From: Lytechinus pictus
Taxonomy: Eukaryota
Length of the DNA stretch: 64,000 nt
Reading direction: 5' to 3'
NCBI RefSeq assembly: GCF_037042905.1
Contig: NC_087252.1
Coordinates: 8,124,001 to 8,188,000 of the forward strand
Position numbers and translations under genes: made by a program. Numbering within the stretch: position 1 is the first letter of the stretch; each line of letters opens with the position of its first letter. The notes beneath the pieces were generated by a model, which made no database searches, had not been told where the DNA came from, and saw only the letters and a program-made list of their open reading frames with translations. Of this stretch, positions 24,400-36,400 are shown one piece after another.

Positions 24400-26673
24400 G
24401 TCCAGCTTAACAATATTTCATCTGGAATATGTACACCTCTGACCCATGGTGTACCGCAGGGCTCTGTGGGCGGACCGACCCTTTTCTCAATTTATTTGAT
24501 TAGATTGCGGCAAGTGATGCTCCATCACAGAATTGACTACCATATTTATGCAGACGACATTCAACTTATGATTTCGTTTGATTCGAATCAACAAGCAGCT
24601 GATAATGCTATTCATCGTTTGCAATCATGTATGATTGATGTTCATAACTGGATGCAAACTCATTTCTTGAAACTAAATTTAGATAAGTGTGAATGTCTTA
24701 TGTTTGGCTCTAAAGCGTAGCTCAACAAAATTGATGTCGATTTCTTTTCATTTTCTGGCCACACAATTCATTTGTCTTAGACTTGCTGTAATCCTGGAGT
24801 AACTTTTGATTCACATATGACAATGTCTTCCCATATCTCAAATATCTGTAAATCAGTTCGGTACCATCTACGTAACCTAGGTTTTATCCGGAAATATTTA
24901 TCTAAATCTGCGATCGAAAAGATGGTACATGCCTTGATTTCCCCCTGCCTTGATTTTTGTAATGTCCTTATGTTCAATTTACCGCAGGCTTAGTTATATA
25001 AGCCTCAAAAGCTTCAGAATGCAGCTGCTCGCATTGTTACTTTGTCAAATTAACGCTCTCATATGACTCCCATCTTGAATTCGCTGCACTGGCTCCCTAT
25101 AAAAAAATGGATTTTTTTGCTTGCTTTTCATAGTATTCTTGGATCAGCACCACAATACAGTCTTTCATTTATCAATTACTAGAGACCAAGCAGGTCTTTG
25201 CGCTCATTCACTTCTGGCCTCCTTGTTATTCCAAAAGTTTCAAAAACTTTGGGGGAAAGATCATTTGCTTTTGCATCCCCCACTTTGTGGAATAGCCTTC
25301 TGTCACATGGGAACAACTAAATAAAAACAATATTCACATCAGCCATGCCTTTAACTCAGATTCTTTATTTCTAAAGGATAATACCTTCTATCTCTCTCCA
25401 AGTAACAATATTTCTCAAACAATATTTCCACGTTTCACAACCGTACCTGCCTCTAGGGCTAACATACACAAAGCAGATCCTGTACTGACATGATCGTAAC
25501 CTCTCCAAATCTTAAACCTATACCAACTCACTTACTTAATATCTATTAGCCTCTTACATCAGTATTCCCTCTACTATCCACTCTCTAATTCTGAACCATT
25601 TCTTTGCTAGATTAAATGCACTCTCTCTACGATAATCACTGGAAAATAAGCGCATATGCATGCAACTGTTCTTAGAATCCAATCACGCTCATTGTTTCAG
25701 TTCCATACATCACCATTCTGTTCATTCTTTGATGAATAGTTCATACTCCGAAGAATCAATGCTATAACGACTAATTTCCAAAGATCTTGCTAAACAGCAC
25801 TCCATTGGTGTCTAAGTTCGCATACGTCGGAGTTAAGGATGGGACGGGGGTGCATCCTGCCCCAGACTACGTGCCATCGGTGGTGCTGAATTAACTACGT
25901 GTGATTGATGAAATTGATGAAATACCCTGTCAAAACAGGTTCTTCTCCTGTTCTCAAACTTGGAGAATTAGATTAAAGACTAAACAGAAATTGCTGAAGA
26001 AATTTAATGAACAAAATCTCCTGAGGATCCATGCTCAGGCTTGGCATGTCCTCCTTCTCTAACTGGCTGGGTGTGTCTGCCCCAAATGTACCTTTCTACA
26101 AGTTCAGTACAAGGAACATGTCCAAAGTTAATTTGCATATTTGCACCTGAAAATTCCTAAACACAAAAACCTATCCTGGGCTGAATAAAATAAGGCATGC
26201 AGCTCAATTAACTTGCATTACAGACTCTATAAACTAGACCCTTTCACACTAAGAAATTAAACCTCTTTCTCCTGCACTGATTAACATATATTTCAACTAC
26301 CTCAGGCACAAGATAAACTTAATACGAGACCCCTTTCACACTAGAAAGTTAATCTTCAATTTTCACACTAATCCCAACACTTAGGGCCTAAGTCTCATTT
26401 AGTCATTCACCACCAATGGCACAAGAAGCACGTTCTTACTCTCTCTATATCATCTCTCTCTTAATCTGTATCATCTTAAGATATGCACAAGTAAATGCAA
26501 TTCTAATTTCTATGTGACACCTTCCTGAAGACATAAAAAAAAATGTACCTCTGTCGAGACTTTCAAAAATCTTCTAAAAACTTTTTTTATTTAACTCTTA
26601 GCTCTTTATGTCACTTGAGCACTCTACAGAGTGTATTTGGCACTTTTTAAGTCACATTATTATTATTATTATT
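24400..26673 (+). mobile_element. Decayed, 5'-truncated L2/CR1-type LINE in USP2 intron 4, interrupted by a solo LTR
   Basis: GVPQGSVGGP, YADDIQL, LKLN..K and QNAAAR motifs with stops and frameshifts; resumes after 26519 and ends in (ATT)n. Confidence 0.85.
25301..26519. mobile_element. Solo LTR
   Basis: TGTCACAT...ATGTGACA terminal inverted repeat, flanked by a perfect 5-bp TSD (CCTTC) that splits the LINE. Confidence 0.8.
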
Positions 26674-27201
26674 ACATTGAAAACAAACATACAAGCAGAA
26701 CACTGTAGATTTCATGATTTGTAATCTTCAGGGATATTTGTGTTTGGTACTTTCAGTTCAGTTTCGGCTTTTTTGTAGTTAGCACAGATCAGCATATTAA
26801 GATTATTAATACATCATGAAATTTTTGTCTCTCTCTTCCATCGCGAGAGATTGTTTACTTGTCAGAGTTAAAAATGGACAGAATTAGTATTAACCCTATA
26901 AAGACTGGGCTATTTTGATGCCTAAGAAGAACGGGGGGGGGGGGGGGGGGGGAGGGGGCCTAAGGATCTCAGCCGTGGAGATTGCGTACCTGGGGGTAGC
27001 AATTTTGCTCTCAAAAGTTGCGCAACGCTGGAAAGTAAAAGGTCAGCCAATAGCACGGTAAAAAAAAATTTGCGCTGCAGATTTATCGCGAAAATAGGCG
27101 AGGGGGGGGGGGCTAAAACAGCCCCCCAGTCTTATTGAGTTGGATATTGCTAAAGTTATTCAGTAGTCCACAGCTAAACTGTTTTCTTTTTGTTTATGTA
27201 G

Positions 27202-27309
27202 GCAACATGATGCTGCAGAGTTTTTATTGAGTCTTCTTGCTGAGTTGAGTGAAGATGTTAACAGAGTCAAAAATCCCCCCAGGCTGGGTGCTATGCCAGA
27301 GAACCTCAA
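27202..27309 (+). CDS. USP2: USP2-like, coding exon 5 (QHDAxEF box)
   Basis: atgtag|(R)QHDAAEFLLSLLAELSEDVNRVKNPPRLGAMPENL|gtaagt, phase 2 to 2. Confidence 0.92.
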
Positions 27310-27759
27310 GTAAGTATAGACAAAGACTGGACACAGAGCGCATAATCAAATGCTGCCTAGAGGTAGTTGTTGATCAGTTTTGACAAGTTATATTTTATTT
27401 TAAAACTTAGGATGTGCCTTTTCAAGGTCCATAGAAATCTAAAACATCATTGTGTGATATATTGTTGATTTTGGGGTAGCATGTTACAAGTGCAACATGC
27501 CAATCCCAATTCAATTGTAAAATTTCATTCATGTATAAAGATTTGAATTTGAATGTTGATATTGTCATAAAGCCAAAATAAAAGAGAACACTGAAGGTTT
27601 TACCCTGAGATAGAATGTCTTAGCTTGCATTATAAAGGAAAGCATCAGAAACTAATTGCATTGTACAGTTTCCAATGTTCCTCCTTGACAGATTCAGGCC
27701 GAGTGCACTATGATAAAATTCTTTGAAGAATATTTCTTTTATAATACAATCTCATCTGT

Positions 27760-28036
27760 TGTGAAGCACTGTAAGTTATCTGGTGGTTCTCTCGCCTTTC
27801 AAACAAAGGGTAATGAGTTCGAATCCCAGCCATGGCATAGTCTCCTTCAGCAAGAAATTCATCCACATTGTGCTGCACTCAACCCAGGTGAGGTGAACGG
27901 GTACCCGGCAGGGTCGATCATTGAATGCACCAAGCGACTTGAGGCAGCTGGAGCTAAAGCTGTGGTAGTATACAGTACACCATTGAATGGGCAACTATAT
28001 AATCAGCACCTCGTAAATCCTATATAATATTATTAT
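27760..28036 (+). mobile_element. tRNA-derived SINE
   Basis: B box GAGTTCGAATCC, then CAGCAAGAAATT.ATCCACATTGTGCTGCACTCAACCCAGGTG core, AT-rich tail. Confidence 0.7.
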
Positions 28037-28075
28037 CTTTACATTGAACCGTTTTTCTTTCCGTCCATCCTTTAG

Positions 28076-28244
28076 CCCCGTTGATCTTGCCAATCTCATG
28101 TGGCGGCGCCAGCAACAGCTGACCCAGTCCATCATATTTGACCTCTTCAATGGCCTAACACGCAGCACACTAAGATGTTCCACATGTGACTACGTCTCAG
28201 TGACCTTTGAACTCTTCTATGACCTCTCAGTGCCTATTCCTACG
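28076..28244 (+). CDS. USP2: USP2-like, coding exon 6 (first Zn-finger CxxC)
   Basis: ctttag|...SIIFDLFNGLTRSTLRCSTCDYVSVTFELFYDLSVPIPT|gtaagt, phase 2 to 0. Confidence 0.93.
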
Positions 28245-29270
28245 GTAAGTCAAGTGATTGGCTTGTTTTAATCACCACCATCATTTCTTTGTGATAGAAT
28301 TTTTGAACTCCCCAGCGACGAAATATATGTTTATTTTCAGTTTCAACTTTGACGGATGGAAAAATGATTGAGAATCTGCTCTGGGTAATTCCATTCTGGG
28401 GCCCGTTTCATAAAACTTATTATAATAACAAATTTACGATAACAGTTTAAAGCTATTGAAATCTTTCAATCTGATTGGTTGATAGTACATTTGTTATAGA
28501 AATTGGGTATTTGTTATTATAATAAGTCTTTCTGAAATGGAACCCAGGTTGTGTAAAAAATTACAGGATGTGAATGTTATGTAGGTATCAACTATTCTTT
28601 TTCACAGTGAAGATTAATTCAGACATCGCTATGTTTTTATGTGTCAATGTGAGAAAGGTCTCCTACCATTATAAAGTACTTCATGTTTGATCTTGAAAAT
28701 ATTTTCTTGATCTGTTGTAGTTCAAATTATTTTTTTTAACAATGTTGCATGGACATCATATTTATGCATCATTGGCAATAGACTGCCAGGTCTGACATTG
28801 CAATACATCATGATGTTTGATTAGTAAACCTTGGTTTGACGCCACTTATTGCTGAAGTAATCATCAGAAGATTTTTGCCTAGTTTAAATGAGACATGTTT
28901 TTTTTTTTAGTTCTGTTGTGACAAAAATGGACCAGACCAGGGCCCCATTGCATTTAAATTACCATTGTGGTAACTTTGCCTTACATTGGTAACTTGCATG
29001 GAATCCTTGATTTTGATTGGCTGTTGATCATTGTTAACATGGTAGAACTACTGGATGGCAAAGTTACTATAAAAGTAACTTTTAATTTATGCAATGGGGC
29101 CCTGATGGAATGACTAGTAGCACCTAAGAACATGTTCCATTGGTCTACATGTTTATGCAAAATTTATGAACAGCTGTATGAACCCCTTGCCCAGGATTTT
29201 ATTCCGCTTGTGCTTAAATCATTACTCACTTATTTGACGTTTATACTTTTATTTTCCCTTTTCCAAATAG

Positions 29271-29342
29271 GGGTGTAGTTCCCTAGCAGATGCCTTAGAG
29301 CTGTATACCAAACCAGAAACGTTAACAGGAGAAAACAAATTT
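29271..29342 (+). CDS. USP2: USP2-like, coding exon 7
   Basis: ccaaatag|GCSSLADALELYTKPETLTGENKF|gtaagt, phase 0 to 0. Confidence 0.9.
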
Positions 29343-30396
29343 GTAAGTGTCATCATTTAATTCATCTTCAAGGGCTAGTTTTGACATTTCAGGGGCTAAA
29401 AGATGGTATTCTTGTTTTCATTTTATGAGTAAACTATCCATTGATTGATTGATTGAATGGTTTATTTATTTCAAATATTCACTGAAAATAGCAGCCAAAG
29501 GCTGAATTACATTCAGTTTACAGATGGCATATACAGACATATAAAAAATATACAACTTAGAATAAAATACGCAAATATCAAAATGAAATTATTCTACAAA
29601 ATAATTATACATAAATATGAAAGTAATTGAAATACCCAGCATATGAGATGGAAGCCTCAGAGGTAGAATGAAGTACATGTAGTGAGAACATTGTTAGAAA
29701 GAAAGACAAAATGAAATAAGAGGAAGAGAGGGGGAGAGACAGGAACAGAGTAAAAGATATTGGGTATTTAACAAAGATGGAAAAAAAAATTTATCGGAAA
29801 TAGTAAGACCTTTGAAGCCAATTCTTTTGATATGAGGTTCTATTCCGTTAATCTTAAGCTGAGACCAGTCAAGTCTGACCTAAAAATATTGTAATTATGA
29901 TTGCATTAGCAGCTCCATCAATGATTTTGATTTGGACATATTTAACCAACTGGCTTTGTCAGGTTTCAACTTAATTTGTTATTGGCCTGTATTCTGGAGT
30001 CGGTTTTAACTTTATAGATCATGGTCTATTTTAACTCTGCTAAAATTATGCGAAGCCGAAAATGTCAAATGTTTATTAACATAATTTGTTTTCATATGTT
30101 CTTTGTGCTCTTTCATCACGTTATAATAGTGAAGAAAGCTAATTCAGTTTATATTCTCAGGCAGTTATGAATGATCTGAGTAACAGATGACTTGCTAAAT
30201 CAATGCTGTTCTGTTAATAGATTTCTGTTACAATTGGCTATCCATAGTTCAAACCCAAGCTCAGAATGCAGGCCATTGTGTATACATGTATGAAGAAGGA
30301 AACCTTTCATTCTTACCTATCTACAGTATTGATATTAAAGAAAGCTGGCATTAATCCTGATGATTTATCTATTTCGTTTTGTTTCATGTTCTTCAG

Positions 30397-30475
30397 CGAT
30401 GTGAAAAGTGCAAAACGTTACGATCGGGTACCAAAAAGATGGAGATAGAGAGATGCCCTAAAGTTCTCATCATCC
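30397..30475 (+). CDS. USP2: USP2-like, coding exon 8 (second CxxC)
   Basis: cttcag|RCEKCKTLRSGTKKMEIERCPKVLII|gtaagt, phase 0 to 1. Confidence 0.92.
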
Positions 30476-30937
30476 GTAAGTACTTTTGCTTCAAAATTTA
30501 CTTTAGCTTTGTCCTTTGTTTAAGACTTCTGTTATTATGAATTCTTTGATTGATAAGGCCTTTTTATTAATTCATCCATTTGGTGGCCAAAAATATGTGT
30601 GTGCTTATTGTATCAAAGAATCATTGTAAAAAAAAAAAAATGTTGTGAATCAAGCATATCAAATATTCTGAATATATTTAAATGAAAGTAACTCAATGAG
30701 AGAAATGTGTGCTAACATTATGTTATGTGGCTTGTAATTTGGGCTCTGTACCAAAGGTGTTTTCTGTTCAATTTGGGCCAATTTCTCCTGATCCATTTAA
30801 CTCATTGTGCATACCAGTTAGTCATATATATACAGAAGTTTGGGCAACGTGGATAGAGCAAGATTAGCAAAAATGACATCACCAGAAAAGTTCAGCTCAC
30901 ACAGTATTTATTTTATTTTTACATAATGTATATTTCA

Positions 30938-31272
30938 TGGGAGGGTCGTGGTGTAGGGGTTATGACTCTCACCTTGTAATCAGAGGGTTGCGTGTTTGAA
31001 TCCCACTGCGGCGTAGTGTCCTTTGGCAAGGCGTCAGTCCACACTGCCACTCTCCACCCAGGTGTAAAATGGGTACCCAATAGGATGCAAAAGCCTATGT
31101 GGTATGCCTAGCAACTGAGTCTTGGAAATCTTATTGGAATGCTCCCCAGGGAGTGGAGAAAGTGCATACATTGTGTGCGGGCATGCTAGGATCTAATGAC
31201 CGGGGTGATAATTGCAATGTAAAGCGCTAAGAAACAATATGTATGAAGCGCCATTTGAATGTAACTACTATT
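30938..31272 (+). mobile_element. tRNA-derived SINE
   Basis: A box CGTGGTGTAGGGG, B box GTTTGAATCC, core GGCAAGGCG...CCACCCAGGTGTAAAATGGGTACC. Confidence 0.72.
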
Positions 31273-31290
31273 AACATTATGTGGTAATAG

Positions 31291-31560
31291 TAGGGGGCGT
31301 AGTGGTCTAGTTGTTATGACTCATGTCTTTCAATCTGAGGGACGTGAGTTCGATTCCCAGTCATGGCGTGTTTTTCTTCAGCAAGAAATTTACCCACATT
31401 GTGCTGCACTCAACCCGATACGAAGAAATTCCTTGAATGCTTCAGCACCTAAATAGCAGCACAGCTAAAACCGGGGTAGTGATAGCATCGCTTTGTATCC
31501 TCAGGCAAAAAGTACTTTATATATCCAGCTATTATTATTATTATTGCTGTTGTTATTATT
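31291..31560 (+). mobile_element. tRNA-derived SINE (same family as 27760)
   Basis: A box TAGTGGTCTAGTTG, B box GAGTTCGATTCC, same core, (ATT)n tail. Confidence 0.75.
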
Positions 31561-31577
31561 TTTATCTTTCATGATAG

Positions 31578-31685
31578 AATTAAAGAGGTTTTCATCGTCA
31601 CATACCGGACTGACGCGGAAGGTAGACACTCATGTAGATGCACCACTTCGGGGTCTTGATCTCAGCAATAATCTATCGCAAGACG
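31578..31685 (+). CDS. USP2: USP2-like, coding exon 9 (LKRF motif)
   Basis: atgatag|(Q)LKRFSSSHTGLTRKVDTHVDAPLRGLDLSNNLSQD|gtaaga, phase 1 to 1. Confidence 0.92.
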
Positions 31686-32157
31686 GTAAGAAATTAGAAA
31701 TTCCTTGTTGGTAACTCTTTGTGAATCAGCCCCCCCGTCTTCTTAGGCGTTGAAATAGCCCAGTATATTTAGGGTTAAGTATGACTTGAAGTCACATTTA
31801 ACCCTTATGAGACTGTATAATTTTGGTATAACACATGCTTTCCATAGACCTCAGGCCGCATATATGCATGCTCAGTGTCCAATGGAATAAATGTCCAGCT
31901 GCTGACCGAATAAAAGGCATCACCACATTGGTCAAATTATGTTAAGAGGACACTACCGCGTATTAATAATATAGTGCGTTAAAAAATCATGCGCGCGTCA
32001 GCACTAAGCATGGCTTTAAGTTGCACTTAAATCTTAATGAAACACTCCCAGGTGTAATAAATGGGTTCCTGGTGGGAGTGAAATTCCTCGAATGCTCTAG
32101 CACCTCAGGGTAGCTGTGCTAAAGTCAGAGTAATAGTATGGAGCACTTAGAAACATC

Positions 32158-32464
32158 GGCCCGTATTCTGAAGTCGGGTTTAACTTAAACTCAGGTTTAA
32201 AGTTGTGGTTTAAGTATGGATAACCAATTGTTACAGAAATCACTAACAATAGAGATATCATATTTCAGCTCATTTGGCTCTCAAATCATTCATAATTGTC
32301 TAGGAAGTATAAATAGATGAATGTCATCACCATAGATGAATCAGGAAAGAGCACAGTAAAGAAACATACAACTTAATAACAAATTTTGATACCTTTGGCT
32401 TCCCATAATTTTAGCACAGAGTTAGACCATGGTCTAAGTTAAACCTGACTTCAGAATACGGGCT
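32158..32464. mobile_element. Harbinger-like MITE (older copies at ~20990-21290, 29985-30260, 32820-33100)
   Basis: GGCCCGTATTCTGAAGTC / GACTTCAGAATACGGGCT TIR. Confidence 0.7.
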
Positions 32465-32527
32465 ATTTTATTAAGCGCTATGTAAATGTTCCATATCATT
32501 ATTTTTTATATTTATATTCTCCTCCAG

Positions 32528-32654
32528 CCGATCCGTGTTCCCGTTACCACCTACAGGCCGTGTGCAATCATTATGGGGGGACTGCAGGAGGTCACTACAT
32601 AGCGTACTGCAGACATCCTGAAGATGACCAGTGGTACAAGTATGATGATGAAAG
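32528..32654 (+). CDS. USP2: USP2-like, coding exon 10 (His box, catalytic His and Asp)
   Basis: ctccag|(A)DPCSRYHLQAVCNHYGGTAGGHYIAYCRHPEDDQWYKYDDE|gtaaga, phase 1 to 2. Confidence 0.95.
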
Positions 32655-33401
32655 GTAAGAACGTCACAGAAAAGGTCATGGGCCAAAATATGTCAAAGGT
32701 CATATAATTTTTTTTCTACCTCTGGTTTGTTGTGCACTTGTTAGCCTATTTCATCCAAAGACATTTTGCTTTGGTACTCCCGCAACTCAAGAGGGCTATT
32801 TTGACATTTTGGTCCGTGCATTGAACTTCAGTTCAATTTAAAGTCTGGTCTGAAGTTGTAGATTTACTATGGAAAGCCAGTTGTAACACAAATCTTTAAC
32901 AGCTCAGTTCATCAGCTCATTTTACTCTCAAATCTTTCATAACTGTCCAGGAATAATTATTGCAAAAATAGCTTTCCTCATCATTAGAGCATGAGGAAAC
33001 AACATAGTAAACATTAGAAAAAATTCAATGTATATTTACAAAATGTTGACATTTTTCAGCTTCAGCACAGGGTTAGACCATGATCTAGTTTAATCTGGGC
33101 CTAAAAGATTAAGCAATTTTAGTCAGTATTACTTTGATTTTGTGTTGTTGTTTTTTGGCACTGTTGTTTCAACCACTAGATTGAAAAAAAAAAATGTTAA
33201 ATTTTTATAGTGATGTTGATCAAAATGATATTTCTATATATTAATCAGATATTTATAAGATTGCAAGAATATTATGAAGAGTTGCTTTATTTACTCCTAT
33301 GCCTGAAGCCGTATTGTTATTACTATTGTAATAACTTTCTTCATTTTATTTTTTTTCTAATCTGATGAACTAATTTTCCCCCTTTGTTTTCCCTTCTGCA
33401 G

Positions 33402-33495
33402 AGTCACGCAACTAAAGGAGTGCAATGTTGTAACATCCAACGCCTATATCCTCTTCTATACTTCCAAGTTAAGCCGTAAGGACTCCAGGCTATGA
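33402..33495 (+). CDS. USP2: USP2-like, last coding exon (AYILFY; ends in PTS1 SRL)
   Basis: ttctgcag|(R)VTQLKECNVVTSNAYILFYTSKLSRKDSRL*; summed CDS is 1806 nt = 601 aa. Confidence 0.93.
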
Positions 33496-36400
33496 TAGCC
33501 TTTATATCCCTTCTGTACCTCGCCATCAGAACAAACTAATAAGACTGTTAGAACCCTACCTGTCAAGGACAATCGCTGTAGACATCAAGAATCTCCGAAC
33601 AGATGCCCATTTGGAAGCAAGCTACTTGTACTGCACCATGTCCAGATGTATGGTCCTTTGGTGATTCAAGAATAGCCTTACCCCTGGATACATACTCACC
33701 AATGCCAAACTGCCAATCTTCCCCAAGCTGCCAGTCAACCCTGACTCTATGGCTCATATTCTCAATAGAAGTTTCAATCGTACTATGGTATCAAACCATG
33801 GACTATGCAGATTTGTGTATATAATTATCCTCATTTAATCACCTAAACTGAGAAAAGTCCAATTCTAAGTGCGCACTTTTGGCAAAGGGTGCCTAATTGA
33901 AGCGTGATAATACCCAAAATCTATATAGTCCATGGTTTTGTACCATGGTTCAATTGAAACCTCTTGAGAATACAGGCCTTTGCGTCAGAAGATGTCGTAG
34001 TGAGAAGCTAGATAGCTTCTTGCATTGTGTTATGTGTAGATAAGTGGCACTATGGCAATTGAAGACTAGCCTTACCCTTTGTTACCCATCAATGCCAGAC
34101 TGTAACCCTTCACCATACTGACATTTCATCCTGGGCCCTTTGTCATGAAGCTTAGCAATTGATCTTGGGGTTCATTTTTACAATTGATCATACATGATAA
34201 TCAATGGCAATCAATCGTAGCAATGAACGATCCATGATCGATTTTTTAGCTTTATGTAACTGGGGTCCTGAAGATGCCTTCCGAAGAAGCCTGATAGGTG
34301 ACTTGCATTCCACCATGTCAAGATTGGTGGCATGACTGACACTACTACTTATTAGCTCCAGAATCACCTATCAAAGCCCTCTGTTAATCCCAACATTGTT
34401 TTGTGTTGGTTGAAAACATATTTAATAAAAAATAAAAATGTATATGGCACCATAATGGCTGATGAGAATACATGTAAAGATGCCTTGTCTGAAGACTCAA
34501 TAGCTACTGACATTGCACCATCTCTAGATAGGTGGCTCGAGTGACCTTCCTTTTGAGTTAATGATTAGCTTTCATCCTCTGACACTCATCAATATGTATC
34601 TGTTGATCTGAATTATGTATGCTAGATGATCTGGGAAGTTGCATTCTTTTAGAGTTTTCCAAAGGAGATTATCACCAGACACTCAAGCCCATATTCTCAA
34701 AGGAGGTTTCAATTATACTATGGTACAAAACCTTGAATTGTGCAAAATTTTTGTCCATAATTATGCTCATTTCATGGCATACACTAAGAAAAATCCCATT
34801 AAATGTGTGTCTTTGGCAAAGGGTGCTGAAAGGGATGCGCAATAATACAAGAAATCTGCAAAAACCATGTTTTTTTTACCATGGTACAATTGAAACCTCT
34901 TTTGAGAATATGGGTCTTACTGTCAATTTTGATTCTTGAATAGGTTGATAGCTCTCGATTCAACATTAACCCTAAAAGGCTGGGGGGCCTACATTTTTCA
35001 TGATAAATCTGCCGCGCAAAATTTTTCAACCGCGCCGCTCGCTGACTTTTTATTTTCAAATCTCACACAACTTCTGAGACCAAATTTGCCATGCCCGGAT
35101 ACGCGGTTACAAAATTACGCAACATTATGTAAGTGCATGTCAAACCCAAAACTGCTCAAAAACTTGAATTCATGTACAAATCCAATGCAAATTGTGTATT
35201 TAGCCAAAATTCATAAACGTATCATTATTTCTACCTTTACTGATTAAAATTGATATTGTCATGTTTATGATCAGAAACAATTTGCATCGAAAAAACAATT
35301 TAAAAAAAAGTTAAAAAAAAGAGAAGTACATAAGAAATTAAAAAAAGCTAAAATGCATAAAAAAAAAATGGTCATACTAAAGTATTTTTGAAGCCCATTT
35401 GATCTACAAAGAGTCTGTGAATAAAAAATTAACAGTTTTGGGGCTGTATGATAGTTGATTAGAGCAAATATTTTATTTCATGCATAAATTTGCATAATTA
35501 ATTCATTAAATAAAAAATCTTATTATTAAAAAAAAATTAACCATACAGCCTAGTAGATTCTATCGCACACTACCACCGTGCAAACTTTTGCGGCGCTGTG
35601 AGATGGATCCAAATAACCCTGCTCTTTTAGTGGTAAGACAACATTAGCGATTTAGGGGATGTCTCATAGAGAATTACAGCTATTTGCTATTATTGCAATT
35701 AATATGGTAGCAGGGTTCAGCATTCAATCACAATCAAGTTTTCAACGGAAGTTACAATAGTTGAAGTCTTCATGAAATAGGCCCCTGATCTATGACCTAG
35801 GAAGCAGTTAAAACAGAATGAAATTGCCATTTCCAAAGCTGGCATCCTGCAACAGACTCTGTTCCAAAAGATTTTTGTAGTTGGCAATCTTTTCATTTCT
35901 TGTATGAAGCTTGTCAGCACCAGAACTTCAAGAATTTTGTCAGTTGCTAATCAACCTTATCTTGAAATCTTTCAAAAAATTGCCTTGAGGACAAGCGCTA
36001 GTCTGTGTTACGACAGTTGGAGATCACAAATTGCTGTTCGTGGCTACTTTTAGTGAAATTAGCTGAAAGCAATTGAAACAAAACATGGTGCTGTATTTCT
36101 AACAAATCCATTCAAAATGTGCCAACAGTCAGGTTAAAAAAAGGAGAAGAAATTGGGATGATTACTCTTGTTATTGATAAGAGTATTGTACCCTTAGGAA
36201 TTTATTTTCAATTTAGTAGTTTGTATTTGACACCACAGTGTCTGGGTCATAGGTGTAGCTAGTTGACTTAAAGGAGGTCGATATCCGTCAGGATATCCCA
36301 AGTGGGTGCCATGTGAGTAATGCTGCGTTCTAGCAAAGTGTTGGCCCCAAAGTACCAACAGGAATCGGGAAACTTTTATTGTGAGGAATGTGTAATGCCA

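Noticed and set aside
30938..31375. tRNA genes
   Set aside because: A and B boxes are present but the cloverleafs are degenerate and run into SINE cores and AT-rich tails.
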